Source: Eledone cirrhosa
Taxonomy: Eukaryota
Reading direction: 5' to 3'
Assembly (NCBI GenBank): GCA_964016885.1
Contig: OZ024741.1
Span: 65,472,001 to 65,536,000, forward strand
Length of the DNA stretch: 64,000 bases
The first letter of the stretch is position 1. Every line of letters starts with the position of its first letter. The position numbers and the translations under genes are program-made. A model generated the notes under the pieces. The model was not told where the DNA came from. It saw only the letters and a list, made by a program, of their open reading frames with translations, and did not search any database. This document shows, one piece after another, positions 53,848 to 64,000 of the stretch.

Positions 53848-54682
53848 TATATTGTCGACAGATTGTGAATTATTTTTACAACCCAAAGAGCAAGTCACAC
53901 CAAAGGAGCAAAGAGTTTGGGGGGATTTATTCATCAGCTCAATTTTTGAGAACCTTTCTAAGGAGCCCTGCAGTTTTCCATAATAGTTGTGTTTACACTT
54001 TGATCCTAATTTCCCTCATCCATGATTCCATTTTCTTTATAACTGTATCTAGAATGCCCACAACACTTTCAAAATGTCAGCTTTTTTCATGTTCCACACT
54101 TTTGCAACTTCTTATTTCAAATCTTGTTCTCTTTCTCACATACTCTGCTATATCAATTATTGTACAATGTTTTCTCTGACAATAAACATGTCTGCTCTTC
54201 TTTCTCTCATTCACTTGATCACATTGAATCTCAAAGTAGCTTATCTTCCCACATTTTGTCTTCCTCTGGAAGTGGTAGAAGTAAATTGATGATGATGATG
54301 ATGACAGTGGTGGTGGTGGTAATGGCGATGATGATGACAATGATGATGATGATGATCATGTGGGGGCGGTGGTGGTGGGAATGGTGGTGATGATGATGAT
54401 GGTGGTGGTGGAGGTGGTGGTGGTAATGATGATATATCAAAGATCTCATTGTTTGCATGTTTACTTGCCAAATGTCTGAAGTCTACAAACAAGACAAAAT
54501 AATGTGGAAGAAAGTTTAAAAAAGAAACCAACAACTGACCAATGATCTTCGGTAATCTTTCATTAGAAGAAATTATATGTTGGTCCTCGGTCTATCTCTG
54601 AATTAACTAACATGGTAGGAGGTGGTGTGTGGGAGAGAGCGAGTGAGAGTGTGTGAGAGAGAGTGTGTGTGTGAGAGAGAGA

Positions 54683-54722
<40 letters not shown>

Positions 54723-54723
54723 A

Positions 54724-54810
<87 letters not shown>

Positions 54811-55453
54811 TAGAGAGTGCGAGAGAGAGAGTGTGTGTGTGTTGGAGAGAGAGAGTGTGTGTGTGTGTGAGAGAGAAAGAGTGTGAGAGAGTGTGTGTGA
54901 GAGAGAGAGTGTGTGTGTGTGTGAGAGTGTGTGTATGTATGTGTGTGTGAGAGAGAGAGTGTGTGTATGTGTGTGTGAGAGAGAGAGAGTGTGTGTGTAC
55001 GTATGTGTGAGAGTGTGTGTGTGTGAGAGCTGGCAGAGATTGGATGTTGCTTTTGTTTGTTTTAATTTCAAATTTATTTAACATTGTTTACATGTTATCA
55101 CACTCACCCCACCACCTAAATCCTCTTTGTCCTTGTCTCCCCTCATCCCCCCTCACCCTCCTCATACCCCCTCTCCCCTCATCTCTCCATCTCCTCCTTT
55201 CCCCTCATCTCCCCTGCTCCCCAGACACAAATTCTGACATATTGTCTTAGCAACTAGCCTTTGTATCACTTACTACCAATTACACAAAGCATGTGGTGTT
55301 TTCCGACTGCCCATCCCCCCCCCCTTGGTCCAAATACATACACAAGTGGACAGTCACTCACACACACACACACACAGTAATACATACAAACATACAAACA
55401 CATATACACCATGTGTTGCTTCCATCATGTACAATGCCTAGATCCAAAATAAT

Positions 55454-55878
55454 GGTTTCTTATATAGGCACAAGGCCAGCAATTTTTTGCAGGGGAAAGT
55501 CCATTAAATCGACCCCAGTATATGACTGGTAGTTTATTTTATCGAACCCGTAAGGATGAAAGGCAAAGTTAACCTCAGCGGGATTTGAACTCAGATCATA
55601 AAGGGCTGTAACTCTATGCTGCAAAGCATGGCGCCGACCCTCTACCGTTGCTACCAATCCACTGGTTTCTTATATAGGCACAAGGCCAGAAATTTTGGGG
55701 AGGGAAAAGTCCATTAAATCGACCCCAGTACGTTACTGGTGCTTTATTTTATCAACCCCATAAGGATGAAAGGCAAAGTTAACCTCGGCGGGATTTGAAC
55801 TCAGATCATAAAGGGCTGTAACTCTATGCTGCAGAGCATGGCGTCCAACCCTCTACCAATACTGCCAATCCACCACCT
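55454..55878 (-). mobile_element. Head-to-tail SINE family A dimer inside a single TSD
   Basis: Two ~210-bp copies; tgcctagatccaaaataat flanks the pair (55435-55453, 55879-55897). Confidence 0.85.
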
Positions 55879-57778
55879 TGCCTAGATCCAAAATAATAAT
55901 AACAATAAAAATGAATTTATAAACTTCCATACCAGATGTCTGCTTGAAGAATATCTGACTGATTCTATTCAATAACTGAACAATAGTGTTGTTGGTTACA
56001 GGGTTCCAAAGACTAAACCCTGGTTCACGATCCATCATTATATTTTTAAAATCTTTTGATACCAACCTACCTGAGATCACCCCTGGTTCTACTATAAAAA
56101 CCTGTTTGTTTTGAAATGTTTATATTTTCCTAAAAACATTTCATCATAATTTTTAAGGAAAAACCTGTTTAAGTTAGGTTCAAAACAGCTTAAATATGTG
56201 AAAGTTAGTAATATTACTTAATCCCTCAAAAATTTTCAAAATCATTTGAAAATCATAGGCAGTGTCTTTCATTAGAAATATGGAAATGAAAGGGTTAAAT
56301 ATATCCATCAACCTCCAGTTTATGCTTATTTTCAAAGAAACCATGTTGGACATGATATTTTGGGTGTAACTGTAAAAAGAAAGGACGATCCCAAAAAGAG
56401 ATGTCAGTTGAGGGCAAAGACTGTTGGACTCAGCTACACCCCAATTCTCAACTCCTTCTTGTCAGTATTCTGGTGGGTCCAGAATAGACATAGATAAACA
56501 TCTTGGAATGTATGGACTTATAACTCACGATGTAGTCATGGGGGCACTGTAATGATATATAATGTTTTTTGGGTTTTCTAAACCTGGCAGAGCCCACCCA
56601 GCTCTCCAGGTCTGAACACAACCGATTTCTTCCATAAAATGAGAGAGAAGAAATGAGAGATATATAGAGGAAGAATCAATGCCAGTTCTGGACAGGTAAT
56701 TTTGTTATTGACCTCAAAAGGATGAAAAGAATAGTTAGCCTCAATAGGATTTGAACTTAGAGTGCCTAGAGCTGGAACAAATACTGCAAATCATTCTATC
56801 CAATGTTTTGATGACTGCCTATCATCTTAGAATAAGCACATAAATTCAATCTCATCAAATTCTCAATACCAAGAGATTTGCCTAAACATAACCTTGTTAA
56901 ATATTTAAATTCTAAAAAGCTATCATGGACGCCAGAGCCTGCCTGTATAAAAGAGAAAATATACAAATTTGAAGTTTGAAATGTGTGCGTCCCAACGCAA
57001 ATGACCATAATTATAGTTAATCACAATGAATAATAGCTGAGATAATTGCATCCTCCATCCCATCGGCCGGGACACAGTGGTAGAGGGCAAGTTAGTTGGT
57101 GATGGAGGATACTTGTTTGGACATCACTTCAACATCTTAAGTATATTTACATAAGAAGTATTTCTCTGGCTGAAATGAAACAACTTCTTTCTCTTTATGT
57201 TTGACTAAATATTAAAGTGGCACTGGGGTCTAATAGATTTTAAGGCAAGCTGCAGTCATTAAAAAATGAAAAGAAAACGTCCCAAAGCAAATGATCATAA
57301 TAATAATCAGTCACTATAAATAATTGGGCAATCAAAAACAAAAAAAGAAAGTAGTAAAAAGAAAGAAAAAAAACCTTGATGAGAAATTCTTATAAAACCT
57401 ACCTTAATCCTTTGAGAACATGGTGGTTCTGAACTGGCTCTGATATTCTCTTGAAATACAGGCTTCTTGTTGTCTTCTATTGAAATCTATCAAGAAAAAT
57501 AGAACCCCAAAAAAGAACAGTGTGTGATTACAGAGAATATACTTCCTTGTTGAATGGTTAGTGATAGGGAAGGTATTAAACTATAAACATAACTACCTGA
57601 GACTGTGGAAATTCAATGGTTCAATTAAAAACCCAACCAAATATTAAAGAAAGATTAATATGGCATTTTGGGTGTCGGGTGTCTTATATATATATATGTT
57701 TATATATATATATATAAGTTAAAACATTTAACTTATATCATGACTCTGTTTTCCTTTTAATGTTTTATTGTTTTCCAG

Positions 57779-57859
57779 GATTTATCTTAACCTACAACAT
57801 TTTCAACATATGGATTACATTGAGTTCTTCATGCAGAATAGACCCCACAACTTACCATG
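57779..57859 (+). CDS. Candidate 81-nt phase 2-2 exon
   Basis: Strong acceptor ttttattgttttccag; IYLNLQHFQHMDYIEFFMQNRPHNLPW; donor TG|GTATAT; in frame with 47385-47575. Confidence 0.55.
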
Positions 57860-57866
57860 GTATATC

Positions 57867-57907
<41 letters not shown>

Positions 57908-57976
57908 TGAAAACTTGGACGGGAACAAAAACAGAGAGGCAGTACAAATAAAAGTTTATTAGAGTGGGGAGGGGGC

Positions 57977-58004
57977 GACGTTTCGGACATAAGCCCTTCA
58001 TCAG
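57977..58004 (-). ncRNA. Minimal hammerhead core in a TA-flanked fragment
   Basis: CTGATGA-a-gggc ttat gtcc-GAAAC-GTC; stem I poorly paired; decayed relatives at 25602-25629, 50122-50157, 58242-58277. Confidence 0.55.
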
Positions 58005-58311
58005 GAGAAAAGTGGGTAGGAAGAGAGTTCCGAGGGTGTGTGGGGGAGTGGTGGAGAGACATTTAGAAAAAAGGGGGTAGGAGAAAAAACGGTGGAAGGG
58101 GTACAAATAAAAATAAATATATATATATATATATATCCAAGATGGCAGACTGAATATGCACATGTGTTTTTTTTTCTCATTTTCCCCATTTCTTCCTCAT
58201 ATCACTCTTTACTTTCTATTTATCTTCTATTTCTAACTCTATCTTCTGATGAAGGTCTAGTATCCAAAACGTTAAGACTTTCTTTCTGCTATTTCAAGCG
58301 TTATATATAAA

Positions 58312-58500
58312 TGAGGTTCAACTGAAAAGTTCATAAACTGACCAAGATACTCTCATGGAATGACTAAATGAGGTTAATTTTTCAATATAGTCCCTGAAAA
58401 GAAACAGTGGAGTTATTAAAAAGAAGGGTTGAAATTAATGAATGCAAGATTTCACAGCTCTTGCATCACTCCTTCATAGTCATTTTTCAGTTGAGCCTCA
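58312..58500. mobile_element. mariner-type MITE, inverted relative to 53651
   Basis: TIR tgaggttcaactgaaaa / ttttcagttgagcctca; internal homology to 53651 copy. Confidence 0.75.
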
Positions 58501-59107
58501 TATATGTTTATATATTAACAAACGATTGAAACTCCTAAACTGGAATATTTTACTCATTTATAATTTAATGATAAACAATGTTTTTCGAACAGTGTAGGTG
58601 TAAATAAATGGGTGAAACTTTCGCCACCACCACCATTGCTCTCTCTCTCTCTCACTCTCTCTTATACACCCAGCCTTACCACCCTCTTTCCATAGCATGA
58701 CCAAAGTTTTAAGTTCCTTCTCTCTTCCTCTTTCCCTTTCTCTCTTTTTTTCATTCTCACTTTCTGTCTCCCTCTCTTTTTTTCTACCCTCTCTTTTTCT
58801 CACACATACACATTCCAACACATACTCACCCCCCCCCCCCCTCTCGCTCTTACCGTCATCTTTCCACAAAGACGGAAAGACAAGAAATTATTAATTAATG
58901 GATTTAGGCATTTGCTGCCACCACCACCTCCACCACCACCGCTTGCTTTTTTTCTCTATCACACACTCATACCACCCCATATCCACAGTGTGGTGGATAA
59001 TTTACACCACATGTAATTTATTAATGGCACTTTTAACTAATAGATTAATCCACTATAACACACCATTCTACTCACACACACACACACATATACACATACA
59101 TACATAC

Positions 59108-59138
<31 letters not shown>

Positions 59139-59243
59139 TCAAACCCGTAGCCAGGTTTTCTGCCAGGTAATGCCATTCGAATATATGTTAAAACATGGGG
59201 ATGCCAAAAGAAAATAAAGAAATATTGTTTAGTAAAATATATA

Positions 59244-59432
59244 TATTGTTTCTACATTTGGCACAAGGCCAGCAATTACTCAGTACATTACTGGTACTTT
59301 ATTTTATCGACCCCGTAAGGATGAAAGGCAAAGTTAACCTCGGCGGGATTTGAACTCAGACTGTAAAGGGACGTAACTATGCTAGAAAGCATGGCGTCCA
59401 ACCCTCTACCGATACTACCAATTCACCGCCCT
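59244..59432 (-). mobile_element. SINE family A with TSD
   Basis: Flanked by ttagtaaaatatatatat on both sides; further copies at 59715-59860 and 60795-60977 (+). Confidence 0.85.
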
Positions 59433-60159
59433 TAGTAAAATATATATATTATTCCAAACAAAGACACATTATACAATGAAATGTCAAAAACATAGTTTTC
59501 CTGGTTTCTTTAACCACTCATTTGCAAAGTCTTCAAATTTAATTTTTTCACATTCATCTTTTTCGAAAAAGATGAATGTCAAATTGCATTCTCTGTAATG
59601 TGATTGACTTCTTTGTGGTGAATTTATGTGAGCCATAGCAGACAACAGGCATTCAACGCTTGACGTACTATTGCCTCATGTTAATACAATTCTGTATAGC
59701 ATTATTATTGCATTCCAGCATAGTTACGTCCCTTTTTACGATCTGAGTTCAAATCCCGCCGAGGTTGACTTTGCCTTTCATCCTTACGGGGTCGATAAAA
59801 TAAAGTACCAGTAATGCACTGGTGAATTGCTGGCCTTGTGCCTAAAGTAGAAACAATTATTATTGCAGAGGCCGTTGATTGATATTTTGTATGTAATAAT
59901 TTATATATATCTTGAATATCTATTGTTTCAATATTACATCGTTTACTAAAATAGTTTTTTACAAGAATTATATGGACACTACATCAACATAATAATAACC
60001 ACCTTGCCCTGTCCCACCGTCCCTCATCTCAGTGCATTTGTTTTATAACATGTAACCCTTTGTAAGTCCAAAATGTGTATATATCATGCCGCATCCATCA
60101 CCCCCACCAAAAGACACATCGCCATACACCCCTCATCTTAGTACCATTGTGTTCTATCT

Positions 60160-60762
60160 GTCCTCTCTGTCAGGTTTTACCATGTAATCCATAGTAGCAT
60201 CCGATCCTGTAAATATAATGTCGATCATATCACCCCATCGCCACCAACACCACCTCCACCACCACACACATCGCTATAAGTCTACCATCCCACATCCACA
60301 ACCTTGTTCCCCCGTGTTTATTAACCTACAATCCTTCGTAAAATTCGATCCTGTAAATATACTGTCGCACACACCACCACCGCCACCACTAGATACAACT
60401 CCATACTTCAACAATCATTAACATCATTAACATCACCAACACATATCATCCCTCCCTCCCAGAACCACTGTGTTATATCTGCCTTCTCTGCCAGCTTTAC
60501 CTTGTAACCCACCGTAACATCTGATCACGTAAATATATTGTTGAACATACCACCCCATCGCCACCACCACCACCACCACACACATCGCTATATGTTCACA
60601 ACCTTGTTTTCCTCGTGTTCCCTATGTCACTTTTTAACCTGTAACCCATCGTATAATTCGATCCTGTATATATTTTGTCGCACACAACACCTCCACCGCC
60701 ACCACAAGGCACATCTCAACAATCATTAACATCATTAACATCACCAACACATATCTTCCCTC
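60160..60762. repeat. Diverged ~310-bp tandem duplication
   Basis: caacaatcattaacatcattaacatcaccaacacatatc and caccccatcgccacc each occur twice about 310 bp apart. Confidence 0.7.
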
Positions 60763-61024
60763 CTTAAACAACGCAAGTGTGTGTGTCTGTGTGTCAGGTG
60801 GATTGGCAGTATCGGTAGAGGGTCGGACGCCATGCTTTCAAGCATAGTTACGTCCCTTTACGATCTGAGTTCAAATCCCGCCGAGGTTGACTTTGCCTTT
60901 CATCCTTACGGGGTCGATAAAATAAAGTACCAGTAATGCACTGAGTATTTGCTGGCCTTGTGCCTAAAGTAGAAACAAGTATATTTATATATACAACGCC
61001 AACTCCATTGGTTCTCCCCCTCCC

Positions 61025-61077
<53 letters not shown>

Positions 61078-61096
61078 ATACATATATATATACATG

Positions 61097-61147
<51 letters not shown>

Positions 61148-61641
61148 GCATGTGTATGTATACAATATTTTTATCAGACTAAGTGTGTCTATGTATGTAT
61201 CTCCTCATTGTATTTGATACCATCTACACATCCATCACACCACCATAATCACCATTACCATAAACAACACCACACCCACACCACACACAATAATCAGCCA
61301 CAAATATACGCCAATCTGTCTACCGACAATCCACCACCCGCACAACACAGCCCATCTCAGCCTGTGACCGTCACCACCATCTTATCGTCACATCCATCCC
61401 CACATGCACTATAGGCGAAAACATCCCTATGATCTATTCCACCAATCAAAACAATCCTTATTGACCAACATATGAACTGCTGACTTTATCATATAGCATG
61501 TATTCATTTTCTACTAGCATTTTAAGGGGTCCGTCGAGCTGGGGATTACAGAGTCGGGTAAGATCGATACAGATTGAACCTTGAGCTGATCAGTGACGAA
61601 ACGCGCGTCACCAACCAATAAATGTAATGAAGGAGTAACCA

Positions 61642-61759
<118 letters not shown>

Positions 61760-61838
61760 CGTTTCTGAATTTGTTTAGCAAGATTCTTTATCTGAAATCG
61801 TGTGTTGAAACCGATATTGTTATACTTTGGGAGGGTCA

Positions 61839-61899
<61 letters not shown>

Positions 61900-62425
61900 A
61901 CACACACACATATTTGTTGTGAAAGAGTCATTTCTCAATCTTGGCGCAAAACCAATTTTTTATCCACATGACCTCTACCGACCAATCAAAATTGTTTTGA
62001 CCAAGAATTTTTGCTGGAGCCACTTTTTTAACATAAAACCAGTCTTGGCGCAAAATCAACTTTTTACATTCACATGACCTCTACCGACCAATCAAAATTG
62101 TTTTGACCACAAGCATTTTTGCAACACAAAAATAACGCTGGAGCCACTTTTTTAACATAAAAACAGGTAGAATTCCCAAAACTAATCAGATCAGAGCAAA
62201 CAGCACGGACACTCTATCTCAAAATTATTTTTGAAAAGCATTTAGAAATGCGCAACCGGTAAAAACTTAAAAACTTAAAACCACAACTGAATACTAACCC
62301 ATACAATCACTAATACTCTTTTATTCCTAATTAAACCATTTTTCAACTGTGAACAATTTGTCAGCATTTTCTATTCCGTTTACCAATATATAATAACTTG
62401 TGTGTTACACCTCTATTCTTTTAAC

Positions 62426-62463
<38 letters not shown>

Positions 62464-62473
62464 AAAATGTTTA

Positions 62474-62568
62474 ACCCCGACAGCAGAGCTCAAGCCGTTT
62501 CGACAGCTATTTATGGACTAAATTAGAATTTTTAGCGTGGTAATAAATAGCCGAACTTTTCAAGGGGT
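62474..62568 (-). ncRNA. Type I hammerhead, U3-A8 variant, in the Naiad pLTR
   Basis: acccc-TTGAAAA-stem II (ggctatttat/ataaatagct)-GAAA-cggc ttgagctct gct-GTC-ggggt. Confidence 0.75.
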
Positions 62569-63174
62569 AATTCCTTATATGGGAAGATTGTAGTTGTCAA
62601 AAGGATTGGTCAAAATTTCTTGTAAACACAATTAAGTCTTTCTTGGTGGTAGGTGGGAGGTGGGGGTGGCTGAACTTGCCTGTGGAACAATGAGGGAGTG
62701 GGTGGAGCCAGTCAAGAGTTGAAAGTGAATTCTATACAGCAAATTCTAAGGAGTGTGTATGAAATTAGGCTAGGTAGTAAGCAGGCGAAAAAGAATTCTG
62801 GGGGAATTTGAGAGTGGGACGTTATAAAATTAAAAGGTTAATTAACTGAGATTAAAAGATAAATAAAAAATAATAAAAAAATTAAACAGTAACAAATAAT
62901 AAAAAATCTCTAGAGTCTAAAGCAGCTGTTATATTTTTAGCTGGTATTGCGTTTTTGGCCAATGCTATATAGAATTTACTGAGGCTACAAAAGCCAGATG
63001 GGCTGCCTCAGGGTAGGTGAAAGAGGAAAAAGGAAAAGGAAGAGGAGAGGGAGTGGAAGGAAGTGAGAAGAAGAGATAAAGGGAAAAAGTAAAAAAGTAC
63101 ATCTACCTATGTATGCTGGAGTTTTCCCTATCTTGTTCGGCAAGTGGGGAAAAGAAGGATGTTGCAGCCATTGT

Positions 63175-63999
63175 CTACCCACCCGGGTCATGAGGGTGTT
63201 TGAGGGTGAGGTAAGTCCTACGCAATCGGTGTCTACATGCAGTTACAAGTTCGTCTTTTTTGTTTAGGAGTTGGTCCTTCGTAAACAGCATTTATATTGT
63301 TTCCCCCAAGCATAAGTTACACGGACGGCGACCTCCCGTGTAGGGGTTAGCCCTGGATAGTAAGCTCCAAGTAAGGTGGTATGTTATGTTGTTATCTTGG
63401 AGGTCTCAGATGTGGCCTGAAAGTGTAGTGGCATGACGCCGGGCCGGGTTTCGGAATGTAAGTCGGTGTTGGTAGAGCCGGGTCTTAAAGTTACAAGCGG
63501 TTAATCCTATATAGGCTTTGTTGGAGTTTTCCGTCCTCACGTTGCATTGGTAGATCACGTTACATTCTCGGCATTTGTTATTGAGGAGGCATGTAGATCT
63601 ATCAGGGTAGTTACACCTCCTGGTCGACTCTCCACTAATGTCTAGGTTGTTTCTTCCATACGAGTTGAGTTTCTTGTTGTTTGAGGAGGTGATGTTTTGT
63701 GCGAAGTTGGGTGTGGTGCTGTAAGAGAGTTTGATAGCGTTTTTGTTCATTATGTTGTGGTAACGGTGTTGTGGTGGGAAGTGTTTTTCGAGGAGCCTAA
63801 AGAAGATTTTCCTGATTGGTGTTACCACCTCGGCATTGTGGGGAGGGTTGAACCATGTTACGTGGCGTGAGCGGCAGCGTCGCCTGCTGGTTCCGTTAAG
63901 GAAAGCTGGATAAAAAGAGATTTCCTCCCGAAAGTCGCTTTGCTTGAAGGCCTGATTGTAATAAGGCGCATGTTCATCGAATATCTGCTCATTAGCGGA
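63175..63999 (-). pseudogene. Naiad ORF C-terminus: RT thumb, Cys linker and GIY-YIG endonuclease, two in-frame stops
   Basis: Single frame with TGA at 63406-63408 and a TAA near 63293; natural-looking stop at 63175. Confidence 0.85.
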
Positions 64000-64000
64000 C

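Larger units (their letters stand above)
62459..64000 (-). mobile_element. Naiad-clade Penelope-like retroelement, 3' part with pLTR (runs off window)
   Basis: SANEQIFDEHAPYYNQAFK...TWFNPPHN...FRLLEKHFP...KLSYSTTPN...VIYQC..YIGLT..FKTRLYQH (GIY-YIG)...CNLCLGE...LLNKKDELVTACRHR; ends in (TA)n. Confidence 0.9.

Noticed and set aside
61935-62162. ~105-125-bp tandem duplication
   Set aside because: Simple local duplication; no TIR, TSD or RNA motif recognised
63406-63408. In-frame TGA in the Naiad ORF as selenocysteine (some Naiads encode selenoproteins)
   Set aside because: It falls where Trp is expected (HIW), not at a conserved Cys; a TAA also interrupts the frame, so it is most likely a nonsense mutation

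Overview
This is AT-rich, microsatellite-saturated eukaryotic DNA. The repeat families suggest a coleoid cephalopod, probably Octopus (inference). There is no prokaryotic content and no complete host gene. Contents: (i) RTE-clade LINEs, with six 5'-truncated minus-strand copies in 25.9-35.6 kb, a PHD-type zinc finger inside the RT and junctions in (TA)n; (ii) Rex3/Expander-like RTE, CR1 and R4/Dong-like LINE remnants; (iii) two tRNA-derived SINE families, piggyBac- and mariner-type MITEs, minisatellites and a decayed 18S rRNA fragment; (iv) the 3' part of a Naiad-clade Penelope-like element (GIY-YIG) at the window end; (v) candidate plus-strand exons of an unidentified host gene. The most striking structure is a set of (TA)n-embedded Penelope pseudo-LTR derivatives carrying type I hammerhead ribozyme (HHR) motifs. 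Several use a U3-A8 covariant core (UUGANAA) also present in the Naiad's own terminus. They are often arranged as long inverted repeats and cluster densely at 48.9-51.9 kb, inside a putative intron. All folds and splice calls were made by eye and need computational and experimental confirmation.
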